DNA of 64,000 nucleotides from NCBI RefSeq assembly GCF_964204645.1, contig NC_134025.1, positions 17,397,101 to 17,461,100 on the forward strand, in the 5' to 3' direction. Both the position numbers and the translations under genes were made by a program. The notes under the pieces are model-generated. The model did no database searches and was not told the origin of the DNA. It saw only the letters and a program-made list of their open reading frames with translations. This document shows, in pieces, positions 38,786 through 51,096 of the stretch; position 1 is the stretch's first letter; each line of letters begins with the position of its first letter. Source of the DNA: Tubulanus polymorphus. Lineage: Eukaryota; Animalia; Nemertea.

Positions 38786-39869
38786 TTATTCTTTTAATTT
38801 TACTAGATAAAATCCATTCATTAAATTTATCATCATATCCTTTATATTTCACCAAAGAATACTTTTTTCCTTTAAGAGTTTTTGTTTTCAATACTTTTTC
38901 TATTTTGTATTCTATTTCATCTGGATTTGGTACAAGTGATAATTCTTGTTCATAGAAATAACCTAATATTTCTTCATCTTTTAGATCTTCTAGTTTATAA
39001 ACAAAAGGTTTAGTTAATATTATCTTTTTAATCTTGAATATTTCTTCTGTAAAATTTGGGGTATAACCTTTATAAAAGGTTTTTCGATATTTAGATATTC
39101 TTACGTGTTGTCCAATTTTAAATTTAGGTTCACCGAAATCATGTGTAACAAACGCTCCATATAAATTATTCCAAACTATTTCTGAATTGTCTTCTTTTCT
39201 AGCTTGTATAGGTTTCATATTTATAGAACTATGTTTAGAATTATTATAACCTTTCACTAAATCATCTAATACATCGATATATTTATATGTTTCATTAGCA
39301 GTAAAATATTTCCACATTCTAGTTTTCAATGTTTTATTAAATCTTTCTATAATAGATGCTTTTTTATCTGAATGTGTTGAAAAATATTCTACATCGTTAT
39401 CAGATAATAGTTTTTTGAAATGTTTGTTATAAAATTCCTTACCTTCATCAAATTGTATCTTATCTGGAATAGCTTCTTTAAATATAGATTTAAAAGCATT
39501 TGTCACTTCTATACCAGTTTTATTTTTGATTGGAATTGACCATGCGTATCGACTGAATATGTCTATAACATTTAATATCCAGAAATATCCTTTGTTGTAT
39601 TCCTCTAAGTTCTTCATGTCAATTAAATCTGCTTGCCATTGTTGATCAATATATGAAACCATAACTTTTCTTGTTAAATAAGTTTTATCCATTTTCTTGT
39701 GGATTTGATATGTTGGTTGATTTTGTAACCATAATCTTAATTTGCTATATTTTATATTACCATTTTCATTATCAGATTTAATTTTATTCCATAATTCTGA
39801 AACGTTAGAATATGATACTTCACTTTCTGGGTTATAATATAAATCTCTTAAATATTGTTCTTTTTTCAT
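38778..39869 (-). CDS. Polinton/Maverick-type integrase (rve DDE plus C-terminal chromodomain), intact
   Basis: QWQADLIDM, LNVIDIFSRYAW, IQFDEGKEF, ASIIERFNKTLK, KGYTPNFTEEIF, LVKYKGYDDKFNEWI. Confidence 0.93.
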   Translation of the reverse strand: MKKEQYLRDLYYNPESEVSYSNVSELWNKIKSDNENGNIKYSKLRLWLQNQPTYQIHKKMDKTYLTRKVMVSYIDQQWQADLIDMKNLEEYNKGYFWILNVIDIFSRYAWSIPIKNKTGIEVTNAFKSIFKEAIPDKIQFDEGKEFYNKHFKKLLSDNDVEYFSTHSDKKASIIERFNKTLKTRMWKYFTANETYKYIDVLDDLVKGYNNSKHSSINMKPIQARKEDNSEIVWNNLYGAFVTHDFGEPKFKIGQHVRISKYRKTFYKGYTPNFTEEIFKIKKIILTKPFVYKLEDLKDEEILGYFYEQELSLVPNPDEIEYKIEKVLKTKTLKGKKYSLVKYKGYDDKFNEWILSSKIKRINE

Positions 39870-39875
39870 CTTATT

Positions 39876-40244
39876 TTAATGCATTAATAATGATTTAGAT
39901 TTAGTTTCAATGGCTTTATGATTTGATTTATTTTCTGGTATGATAGTTTTATTATCATTGGCATCATCTTTATCATCAGATTGATACTTATATTTATATA
40001 TTACACCAGAGAATATAATAACTGTTACTAATCCAATTGTAATATATAATTTATAATTACTTCCAGCATTAGAAGAATCAGATGGATTATTATTTGAATC
40101 AATATCAGATAAAGTCTGTGATTCATTTATATCAGTTAATTTCTTTTTCTTAGCTTTTTTTAATTCTGCAGATCTTTTACCTAATTCGCTTGCCCATTTA
40201 ATTTGTTTCTCGGATCTAGGCTTTTTCTTAACGCCATCACTCAT
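39876..40244 (-). CDS. Basic single-TM protein
   Basis: 122 aa, Lys-rich N-terminus, TM LYITIGLVTVIIFSGVIY; intact in copy B. Confidence 0.75.
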   Translation of the reverse strand: MSDGVKKKPRSEKQIKWASELGKRSAELKKAKKKKLTDINESQTLSDIDSNNNPSDSSNAGSNYKLYITIGLVTVIIFSGVIYKYKYQSDDKDDANDNKTIIPENKSNHKAIETKSKSLLMH

Positions 40245-40839
40245 TTATTTTAGTTAATTTTTGTTCTGATTCATTTTCTGTTTCGACGTTTGGTTGTAGT
40301 ACATCTGTTTCGTTCTTACATGATTTATATTCCATAGGTTTGATGTTCGAAAATGTTATGACACCAGTAGAAATTAATGTCATAACCGATCCTAATTGAA
40401 ATGAAGCATAACCAACCCATTTTTGTAATTCAGTCATAACTAAGTAGTCATTTTTCAAATCACTATATAATTTATTTTCATCATTAATTGGTATTAACTG
40501 GTTACATAATTTTGAATAACATTTGATAATACCATCACTTATAGAGTCGTTTATTCGGGCTAATCTTGCCTCTTCATAAATCTTAAAATATTTTATTACT
40601 TTATCGGGTTTCATAGAGTCTAATTCTTGAAAAGTAATGATTCTATTTAAAAACTCTTTAGATTTTCCGCCAGCAATCAATAGTTCTAGATTATGCTTAC
40701 AATATAAATAGTATTCATAATCAATATTGTTATTAACCTGAATAGAATTAGAAACAACTGGATCCTTATTATCACTAATACCTAAATCATCTAATGTTTT
40801 TTCAATATCAATACTATTCTTATTAGATTTCTTTGACAT
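40237..40839 (-). CDS. Hypothetical virus-element protein with hydrophobic C-terminal segment
   Basis: 200-aa ORF; homolog frameshifted in copy B (51650-52251). Confidence 0.75.
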   Translation of the reverse strand: MSKKSNKNSIDIEKTLDDLGISDNKDPVVSNSIQVNNNIDYEYYLYCKHNLELLIAGGKSKEFLNRIITFQELDSMKPDKVIKYFKIYEEARLARINDSISDGIIKCYSKLCNQLIPINDENKLYSDLKNDYLVMTELQKWVGYASFQLGSVMTLISTGVITFSNIKPMEYKSCKNETDVLQPNVETENESEQKLTKINE

Positions 40840-42341
40840 TTATATTAGAGAAATTTAATAAGAAAAATATTATAAGTATTCTTCAAATGATACTAGATAG
40901 TTAAAGTTAAAGAATTCTAGTATTGACTACTCATACTAGCTATTTGAATTTAAAGAATTTCTATTTGAATCTATTCAAAATATAAAGTATTCTTTTTTGA
41001 AAAGAAAATATTAAAAATATAATAGAATTCACTAGCTAGTTGAAGTTATATTTTTTTAAATACTTTTTATTTAAAATCTATTTGATATCCCACTACTTTT
41101 GTTTATCTATTAGGAGCAGTAATTATAACTGTCCAGATAAGTCATTTCGGATCCTTGATATCAAATTCCTCAACGTATTGTTCATTATTTGGATCATTGT
41201 TCCATTGATCAATAAATTTCTTTGCCTTTGTTAACTGTTCTAAATATAACTGTAAATCTAGTTTATTAGATTTATTTTATTTTCTTTCTTTTCAAGAGGT
41301 CTTAAATTTTTCCAATTCCAAATAAGTTTTTTATTGTATTCATTATTCCTTTCCATTTATAAATCAAATTCTTATTAAAATTGATTAACATTTTAGAATC
41401 CTCTTCCATTTCTTCGACTAACGTCATCCTTTTTCATTCCTCGCTGCTTTTGATAAGTCATTTCGGATCCTCGATAATAAATCCTCAACTTAAAATCAAT
41501 TCAACGAAACGACTGGTGGAAATATTATTTCATAAACACATATATTTATTATGTAAATTTTAGCGATCGATAATAGAACAATGGAGAACAAAAGAAAAGC
41601 GGTCCAATCGGACCGGTTATTGCGCAATACACAGTTATATTTTTATTCTGTAAACTACAACATTCAAACATAGAACTGTAACCAATCAAAATTGAGCAGC
41701 TGTTTCCGTCAACAACGATCGATAATAGAACAATGGAGAACAATAGAAAAGCGGTCCAATCGGACCGGTTATTGCGCAATACTTAGTTAACAGTAAACAA
41801 TACAATATTAAAACAGATATATACAATCGAGATTACATTTTTGATATCTATATTACAAAGACCTTCAGTGTGGTACGAGAGTTTCATCCTCCATTTCTAT
41901 TGATTCCTGAGTTTCACTATCCAGCAGCATTAGTTCCTTTTCCGATGGTTGGCTTAGAATTTCTGGTTCATCTTTGTATTCCATTTTAATCTAAAAGATG
42001 TCGTGAAAATGAATTACTGTACTTAAATATGTTTAAAGGTTTCCCTACTTCATAATATATGTACTTACATTTAGATTTAGAACTGTAAACTGTGTTTTGA
42101 GAGAGAATATCCAATACGTACTATGTATGTGAAAGATGATTTCTAACTGCCGACGTGGCGCACGTTCGACCAAACTAATTATTTCTGCACGTTTGCCTGG
42201 ATTGTAACAGATGTTCCTTTGTGATGTAATTGATTAATTCTTTAGAATTGAAAACAAGATATATTTGGCAACATATGTTTTAGTAGTAAACAAGAGCTAT
42301 GTATTATATACATACAAAGCTCGAATAGAATTGCCAGCTTT

Positions 42342-43010
42342 CTAACCACTGATTAAAACCTCAGAATGCGGTTGATTCTGTGAAATACTATTCCATAATT
42401 CAACAAATGTCTTTGCTTTATCCAGTTGATCTAAATATAACTGTAAATCTAGTTTGTTAGATTTAATTATATTTTCTTTCTTTTCTAAAGGTCTTAGATT
42501 CTTCCAATTCCAAATAAGTTTTTTATTGTATTCATCATTCATGTCAAATTTAGAAATCGGCAACACGTGATCAATATGAAAGTATTCACCATAATTATCT
42601 ATATTCATTTTATCATCGAATTGATATATAATCCATGATTTTAAGAATTCATCTGAACAACCCAATAAATTAGATAGTGTTTCTGAATGCGTTTCTTTGT
42701 TGAATAATTGTGTTAATCTAGATCTTAAGCATTGTTTCAATCTAAAATTAAGATCTGTTTGATATCTTACTCTCATATATTCTGCCATATAATAATTATA
42801 ATGTTCTATATTATCTTCTCGATATTGTTTGGTATATAGTTTAGTGCAAGTTTTACAGCAATATTGAAAACCATCTTTGCTAATCTTACGCTTACTAAAT
42901 TCTGTTAAAGCTAATTTATCTAATTCACATTTAGAACATTTCTTGTAGTATATGTTTATGACACCAGTGTTATTTGTAATATTGATAGTTTTTGGTTGTT
43001 CTGATTCCAT
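42342..43010 (-). CDS. HNH-type endonuclease with N-terminal CxxC..CxxC Zn finger, resembling large-DNA-virus homologs
   Basis: KKCSKC...YCCKTC, LLGCS, FHIDHVLPISKF, NWKNLRPLEKKENIIKSNK. Confidence 0.8.
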   Translation of the reverse strand: MESEQPKTINITNNTGVINIYYKKCSKCELDKLALTEFSKRKISKDGFQYCCKTCTKLYTKQYREDNIEHYNYYMAEYMRVRYQTDLNFRLKQCLRSRLTQLFNKETHSETLSNLLGCSDEFLKSWIIYQFDDKMNIDNYGEYFHIDHVLPISKFDMNDEYNKKLIWNWKNLRPLEKKENIIKSNKLDLQLYLDQLDKAKTFVELWNSISQNQPHSEVLISG

Positions 43011-43241
43011 TTATTATACGTATTTTTTACTAAATTGATTTTAGAAGTTCAATGATTTATATCATGTATTATTTCAATCACACTTTACTAACACTTTTAA
43101 TGTTAAAAAATCTAACTCATACAAATATGAATATTGAAATAATGTTGTAAATATATCTATCTATACATCTATTCTATAAGAGCTTACACTTTTATATTCA
43201 ATTTAAATGTTATTCATATATATATATATGAATATTTTAAG

Positions 43242-43425
43242 AGTAATAGGGGTAATAGGCTTTCAGGTTAAAGGTTGAAGGGTCGAGTGAGTAAAAAATG
43301 AAAATAACAATAATTTAGTTGAATTAGGAGTGTGCGCGACTAATTCAACTGTAAATTAGTTATTTTCATTTTTTACGAGCTCGACCCTTCGACCTTTGAT
43401 CTGAAAGCCTATTACCCCTATTACT
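43242..43425. repeat. 184-bp terminal fold-back palindrome of copy A
   Basis: agtaataggggtaataggctttcag...ctgaaagcctattacccctattact with a short gagtgtgcgcga loop. Confidence 0.9.
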
Positions 43426-43426
43426 T

Positions 43427-45197
43427 ATACTGTACTTAGCATTGCTACGATTGGGTGCCATATTTCTACAATTTCTACAAGGGGGAAGGAGTCTTTAAGT
43501 GTCTTCGTTCCCGGGTAAGGGTACGGGGTAAAACCTGGTTTACTTTCTCTTTCGACTTGCCGGAGACTACTATCTGCAACGTATTGCATGCTTTGATTTG
43601 TCTGGCCTATAGGAGTCGAACGATATTTTCCCATACACAGGCTTGGCTTTAGTGTAGATGAAGGCTAGGCACTGCACATTGTGGATTGACTGGAACTCTT
43701 AACTCACAAAATTAAACGAGTCAACAAGAAAGATCCAATAATTGGACGTTTGTCTTACTATATTATTTAACAGCTTGAAATAATGCATAACACATTCTGC
43801 AAGAGTACACAAAGGAAATCAGTTCTTACATTATATCGAACTCAATAGTTCGCTTAACTCTGGCTAGAATTCTCATTCCATTGCTTCATATTCTAATGAA
43901 ATCCACTAGCATACCTTAGAATATCGCTTAGCTTAAAACTCAAAATTTGGTACCAGGAAACAGGGAAGAAAAGTGGGTGTACTGTACATCCGCAATTGAC
44001 TTATTTCTCTCTGGTTGAATTAAGTTATTATTGAAATAGCATTCGAATAGCCATTTTATTTGTAAAAATTGTGTCGTTCAGCTATCCTGCTGCAAATTTC
44101 GCCATCTGATTTCTCAGTATCTCAAAAAATTTGCACATCCTAAGCCTGAATCTAAAAATAGAAAAAGGTGCATTTTAGTCGGATATAAAAGAAGAGTGGC
44201 TAATACACCCTGGACTATATAGCCTATGGGGTGGGCCCAGTTTGAAAGCACTGAAGTCCGAGAGAACAGCACTTAGTAAATAAATACTGAAATTAAACTT
44301 ACAAAACACCCAGTACTTGAGATGATGTACTTGACAAGAAGTGTCACCAGCTAAGCAAATCAACTTTGTCTATGACTCCTCCTTTTATAGATTCAGTAGT
44401 AGTCTAAAAATAAGAATCGGTACATTTTTCTAACAGTTGGTATGTCATTTCTTCAAAAAAACTAATTATTATCACGCCACAGCAAATAAATTATTCACAG
44501 TTGTTGAATGGTTAGCCCGATTTAGATTAATTGGTTGACGCTAATCAGTATGACCCATACGTAGGGGCCTACTGCATGCCATTGGCGTCAATCCATTCCA
44601 TTCCATTCCACAGTGAATTAAAAAGAAATTTAGTTAGATCCCTTTTGTCCAAAAGCTGCATCATTAATATAACTAGCTGTCAAATTTAATTTACCTCCTT
44701 CAGAGAATACCATAGTGACATAGTCCGTCGCCCATCAACGTGTTGACAAAAGAAAAGTTGCTCCATGTTTTATACATGAACGTTCAAATAAGATATTTTG
44801 CGTCTTGCAGGGAATATTGAGCATAGTGTTTAAGTTGGCTTGCACGGTTTGTGAATGGGTTTTCCTCATTATGCTGCCTGTATGCATTAAAAATCCGGAT
44901 TTCAAGCGAATTAATTTGTCCAACAAGTGGCCCTCTAGAAGTATACTCCACACATACTGTCCATGCGTGTCTCTGTAACCGAAGGTAGAGACTAAAACAC
45001 GGTTCAGGACTCGGCAGCGGACACAGGCCCGGAAAATATTTCAAAACGTGTATTGTTGGTACCTAGCACGATTTCAGCGTTTTTGGGAATTCCCTGAAAT
45101 TTCGGCGTTTTTCGGAAATTCCCTGAAATTTCAGCGTTTTTATTTCTGCGTTTCAGCGTTTCAGTGATTCAGCTTTTTCAGCGAAGTTCAGGAACCG
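43427..45197 (-). mobile_element. Second, truncated copy of the MULE element
   Basis: Reverse complement of ~4279-6072; retains one TIR ending gttcaggaaccg at 45197; cut off at the copy-A terminus. Confidence 0.9.
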
Positions 45198-45199
45198 CT

Positions 45200-47447
45200 A
45201 TGTGAGGCATCGGTGTAAGGGGCCGACCCCGTTTCATCATTGATAAAGATCAACTTCTTTCATTATTAGGTGAGCTTTAGTAAATCAATCTTTTTAATAT
45301 ACAGTATACGATACTCAATAACATACGTAGTAATGTAACGTATTGGTTGTCAAATTTCTTTTAATCTTTTAAGGCCTAGTGAATAAGCAGCCATATATTT
45401 TACTTGATGAAACAAGGGTTATCAAGGTCATGGAGTGAGTGAAATATCTGAATCTCTTGGCTGAGCCTGAAAGCCAATGCAATTTTCTTCCAGCGTAATC
45501 CAATGTTGCTTATTAGTATTCTAACCTGCACTTCATCTGATATTCCGACTTTAGCCTAAGGCTTAACTACAGTGTACAAGTTTTTTTCAGGAAATGGCTT
45601 TACAATACCAGAGATTGCGAAAATGTTACACGTTTCCCCTAGAACTATCGCATATAGGATGGAGAAATTAAATTTGAAAGCCAAAAACCGATATTCAAAT
45701 ATCGATGACGAGTTGCTGGAAAGTGAAATTACACATATCCTAACTCTTTTTTCAAATGCAGGTCAGAGTTCACATGAAAAAAACACAACACTGGGTAAGC
45801 TAGTTTACAGCGTGATAGTAATACTGTTCTAAATCCATTTACAGGGGAGCGAACAATCCAGGGGCACCTGACATCGAAACATATTATAGTTCAACGTCAA
45901 AGAATACGTCATGCTGTTCGTTGTATTGACCCAAACAGATCCCAGTTGTGTAGACTGAGATAGATACGAAGACGCAAGTATTCCGTACCATCGCCTATGG
46001 CCCTCTGGCACATTGATGGCAACCATAAATTGCTTAGGTAAATAAAGTTGGATTATTTCTTTTAGAATTTTCATAGTCGTATAAAATGCATTCCTTGGCC
46101 ACTCTCTCATTGTTCATACAGTAAAACCTGCTTAATTTGGATCATTTGGGAAAATTAATCCAGTTTATCAGAAATCTGATTTATAAATATTCCATAAATA
46201 ATTCATCTATCGATGAGCTGTATCTGGCTATAATGTAAATTTGGATTGAACTTATCTTCATTGAATTGAGGAAGTTTTACTACCCTCTTGATGGTATGGT
46301 ATATCGTATCTAGAAATTGTCAATGATATAATGCGCCTAAACCTAATTGGCTTACCTAAAACCAAGATTGCAAATTAGTCTTCAATACTATGCTCAGGCT
46401 TGTACTGTTATTCACAGAAACATTTCAGGAAATCAAAGCCTTGGAAAAATTAAAATCTTCTGGTAGGTGGCTCATTGTTGTCCACGGTGGAATTGATGGT
46501 TACAGTCGGCTCATTGTGTACCTTAAGGCAAATTCAAACAATTTGTCATCAACCGTATTATATGTGTTTGAAGAAGCTGTCGTTAAATGGGGCCTGCCAT
46601 CTAGAGTTCGTGCAGATCTTGGTGTTGAAAATCGAGATGTTGCACTCTTCATGCTTAGCAATAGAGGACCTGATCGACGTAGTTTCATAACTGGTAGGAG
46701 TGTACACAATTCACGAATTGAAAGATTATGGCGAGATGTATATGAAAGTGTGCTGCCATTCTACCAAATATTCTACCATTTAGAAGACCTTGATATTCTT
46801 GATCCAGCAAGTGACCTAGACCTATACATTTTACACTGTGTCTACCCGAAGAAAGTAAATCAACTTTTGTCAGAATTCGCAGAATTATGGAACAACCACA
46901 AAATACGCACAGCTAGGAATAAGACACCATTACAGCTCTTTATCATCGGAATGCACCAATTGCGAGGCACAAACAATCTCATTGCCTCAGAGAATTTCCA
47001 GCAGGTATGCAATATATACATGTCTCAAAGCTGATTTAATCGAAAAACAAAATGGGTTTCTAGCATAACATATGGTTAGTTATGGTTATGGTTAGCTTGA
47101 TCATGATTTAAAAAGTAATGTACAGGGTCAACTTTTAAGCTCAGCAGACTGAGAAACAAGGTATCATTTTTTGGCCTAAATTCCACGTAGAGATATAGCA
47201 TGCACATTTTTGTTTTTTTTAGAATGTGTCAGATACTTTTGGACAGGATCCAGAAGGGTTAATCCCAATTGAAGAGAACCATGTAGTAGTGCCAGACATT
47301 CCAAAACCTTTCCAGTCAGCAAATGAGGAAGCATTGTTTGAAGAAAGAGCCAGGGAAATCGATGAAGAATGTAGACAGTCAAGTTTCTGGGATATCACCT
47401 ACTATAGACTTTTAAGAGAATCGCTGAATACAATTATAGGAAACTGA
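45200..47447 (+). pseudogene. Spliced IS3-like integrase-core (IS3EU-type) transposase
   Basis: Exons ~45200-45269 (GRPRFIIDKDQL), 45591-45761 (HTH), 45845-46037 (WHIDGNHKL, with an in-frame TAG), 46467-47003 ([33 protein letters not shown]) and 47223-47447. Confidence 0.8.
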
Positions 47448-47968
47448 TTTAATTAACAAGAAGAATTTATATCATTTATTGTGGAGTCCGTCGTAAAACA
47501 CAATAAAGGACCAATGGTCCAGAATTTTAACGACAACAAAATCTTTCAAAGATTGATTGGAATTTTAGAATCAACAAATGTTCAGAATTTTAATACATCA
47601 CGAGAATGACATAAAAAAACAACTAAAACCTGGGACCATTCAATTAGTACGTACGCACAAAATCTCCGATTTTTACCCCCATTTTTATGGCGATAAACAA
47701 TAGATTCTCGGAAATATTTTCTCCGCGAGCATTGAGGATACCGTTTTTCAAGATTACTTAAAATTTTAGGACATAAACAAATCATGAAAAATGCTAATTA
47801 AGAATAGAGACCGGCAACCAGTCCAGAGAATCTATTGTTTATCGCCATCGGTGAGGGCGCTGATCAATTTCGAACATAGCAAAAGCTAATGTATAGTAAC
47901 GTCACGGAGTCGGCACCTTCCCTTTAGTTTATAGTTCTATGGTTTTCCAAATAAATTCTTGAGGAAAT

Positions 47969-48480
47969 TCATAAAATTCCAAAGTAAGTGCTCATGAAGC
48001 ATTCGTCCCAAGAATCCATTACATCATTAGTTATGTTTAATGGCAGGTATAATACATTTATACAAGTACGACTTGTCGGCAGCACTTGATCCATAAATTC
48101 AATCCTAGGCGGCTTGGAGAAGCCCATAAATGGTTGATCTCGCGACCCAGTCACAGCCTGTAAGATGTCTTCAAGTTTTATTACACGGCCATCTTTCGTT
48201 TTCCTACGACCAGCTGTAAAGAATTTAAGACCAATTAATAGATTCACATGAAATGGTAAAACGTCTTGTTGTAAAACAGACTTTTCATACGCACTCACCT
48301 GAAACAGCCGTCAAATAACGACTGAAGGTTCTATATGTACAATCCTCCTTAATGAATCTGTTGCTTCCACTCTCCGAGAAAACTGGCTTCAACAGTTTGA
48401 CAATTTGTCAGAACGACAGGGGTGACACACAACCTTTCTCAAAAATCTTCTTAAGGCAAGCTTTTCTGCGAACAAGCTTT
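47969..48480 (-). pseudogene. HECT-domain (G2E3-like) C-terminal fragment
   Basis: FSESGSNRFIKE...YL, an intron, then LEDILQAVTGS..PFMGF..PRIEF...LPTSRTCINVLYLP...YFG (putative catalytic Cys); 5' part cut by copy B. Confidence 0.75.
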
Positions 48481-48509
48481 AATGATTACGACTTAGATTG
48501 ATGGCTAGG

Positions 48510-48913
48510 AGTAATAGGGGTAATGGGCTTTGAGGCCAAAGGTCGAACGGTCGAGCTCATTAAAAAACAAAACATTAAAAATAATTTAAAACTATAATAT
48601 AGTTTCATAACCGTGTGTATTTTATATTATAACTAAATATTTATTCTAAGATATCAATAATCTAAAAAGAATATCGTATTAAATCAATTGGTCGCTCCAC
48701 TTCGCTACCGCTCCGCTCCGCGACCAATTGATTTATTTACAATACACAAATTCATATAATCAAATATATTCAAATAATAATAATTATTCTATTATTCAAC
48801 TGAAATACACACGGTTATGAAAATATATTATAGTTTTAAATTACTTTTAATATTTGTTTTTAATGAACTCGACCATTCAACCTTTAACCTGAAAGCCCAT
48901 TACCCCTATTACT
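48510..48913. repeat. 404-bp terminal fold-back palindrome of copy B
   Basis: agtaataggggtaatgggc...gcccattacccctattact; inner stem aaatcaattggtcgc / gcgaccaattgattt around a GC-rich cgctcc loop. Confidence 0.9.
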
Positions 48914-49119
48914 CTTAAAATAATCATATACATGAATAACATTTAAATTGACAGATTATTCAATATAAAAGTATATATTTACAACATTATTTCAATATTC
49001 ATATTTGTGTGAGTTAGATTTTTAAACATTAAAAGTGTTAGTAAAGTGTGATTGAAATAATGCATGATATAAATCATTGAACTTCTAAAATCAATTTAGT
49101 AAAAAAATATGTATAATAA

Positions 49120-49777
49120 ATGGAACCAGAACAACCACAAACTATCAATATTACAAATAACACTGGCGTCATAAATATATACTACAAGAAGTGTTCTAAA
49201 TGTGAATTAGATAAATTAGCTTTAACAGAATTTAGTAAGCGTAAGATTAGCAAAGATGGTTTTCAATATTGCTGCTAAACTATATACCAAACAATACAGA
49301 GAAGATAATAGAGAAGCTTATAATGATTATATGACAGAATATATGAGAGAAAGATATCAAACAGATCTTAATTTTAGATTGAAACAATGCTTAAGATCTA
49401 GATTAACACAATTATTCAACAAAGAAACACATTCAGAAACATTATCTCATCTATTGGGTTGTTCAGATGAATTTCTCAAATCATGGATTATATTTCAATT
49501 CGATGATAAAATGAATATAGATAATTATGGTGAATACTTTCATATTGATCACGTGTTGCCGATTTCTAAATTTGACATGAATGATGAATACAATAAAAAA
49601 CTTATTTGGAATTGGAAGAATTTAAGACCTTTAGAAAAGAAGGAAAACATAATTAAATCCAATAAACAAGATTTAAAGTTATATTTAGATCAACTGGATA
49701 AAGCAAAGACATTTGTTGAATTATGGAATAGTATTTCACAGAATCAACCGCATTCTGAGGTTTTGATCAGTGGTTAG
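49120..49777 (+). pseudogene. HNH endonuclease, copy B (11-nt deletion frameshift near 49275)
   Basis: Near-identical to 42342-43010 apart from the deletion. Confidence 0.8.
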
Positions 49778-50111
49778 AAAGCTATTCTATTTGAGCTTTG
49801 TATGTATATAATACATAGCTTTTGCTTACTACTAAAACATATGTTGCCAAATATATCTTGTTTTCAATTCTAAAGAATTAATTAACTTCATCATAAAGAA
49901 CATCTGTGCAGAAGTAATTAGTTTGGTCGAACGTGCGTCACGTCGACAGTTAGAAATCAACTTTTACATACATAGTACGTATTGGATATTCTCTCTCAAA
50001 ACACAGTTTACAGTTCTAAATCTAAATGTAAGTACATATATTATGAAGTAGGGAAACCTTTAAACATATTTAAGTACAGTAATTCATTTTCACGACATCT
50101 TTTAGATTAAA

Positions 50112-50579
50112 ATGGAATACAGAGATCAACCAGAAATTCTAAGCCAACCAACGGATGAGGAACGATTGCTGCTGGATAGTGAAACTCAGGAATCAATAGA
50201 AATGGAGGATGGAACTCTCGTAATTGACGAACAAACTTCACAAAAATTACAAGAACACTTGGACTATCATCAAGAACTGGTGAAAATTCTGAGTGATGTA
50301 ATACATAATAAACAATTACCGCGCGAACTACAATTACCAAAATTACCAGCAACGCGACTTAAATTGCTGTTGGGACTCAAAGAATCGAAAACTAAGAAAA
50401 TGAGTGGAGATATCAGTGCCGGTTTTGAAAGAAAACTGAGAAGAGTAGGTAGATTAATAAAATATGAAAAATTCAAAATATTAGGATTAGCATTTAGTGA
50501 AGTAGTCAGATATTTACCAGAAATTGAAGAAATGATTGGAAACAATCCAGTAATTAAAGAATTCTGGACAAAATTATAA
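50112..50579 (+). CDS. Hypothetical protein (largely deleted in copy A)
   Basis: 155-aa ORF in the cluster orientation; only the 5' part survives at ~41870-41985 in copy A. Confidence 0.6.
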   Translation: MEYRDQPEILSQPTDEERLLLDSETQESIEMEDGTLVIDEQTSQKLQEHLDYHQELVKILSDVIHNKQLPRELQLPKLPATRLKLLLGLKESKTKKMSGDISAGFERKLRRVGRLIKYEKFKILGLAFSEVVRYLPEIEEMIGNNPVIKEFWTKL

Positions 50580-51096
50580 ATTATAACACTGAAGGTCTTA
50601 GATATCAAAAATGTAATCTCGGTTGTATATATCTGTTTTAATATTGTATTGATTGTTTACTGTTAACTGTGTATTGCGCAATAACCGGTCCGATTGGACC
50701 GCATTTCTATTGTTCTCCATTGTTCTATTATTGATCGTTGTTGACGGAAACAGCTGCTCAATATTGATTGGTTACATTTCTATGTTTGAATGTTGTAGTT
50801 TACAGAATAAAAATATAACTGTGTATTGCGCAATAACCGGTTCGATTGGACCGCATTTCTATTGTTCTCCATTGTTCTATTATCGATCGCTAAAATTTAC
50901 ATAATAAATATATGTGTTTATGAAATAATATTTCCACCAGTCGTTTCGTTGAATTGATTTTCAGTTGAGGATTTATTATCGAGGATCCGAAATGACTTAT
51001 CAAAAGCAGCGAGGAATGAAAAAGGATGACGTTAGTCGAAGAAATGGAAGAGGATTCTAAAATGTTAATCAATTTTGATAAAAATATGATTTATAA

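Larger units (their letters stand above)
35232..43425 (-). mobile_element. Polinton/Maverick-like endogenous virus element, copy A (truncated, internally deleted)
   Basis: Very AT-rich, intronless, co-oriented, tightly packed ORFs including an rve+chromo integrase and an HNH nuclease; AG-starting terminal fold-back; homologous to copy B, which has the ATPase. Confidence 0.85.
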
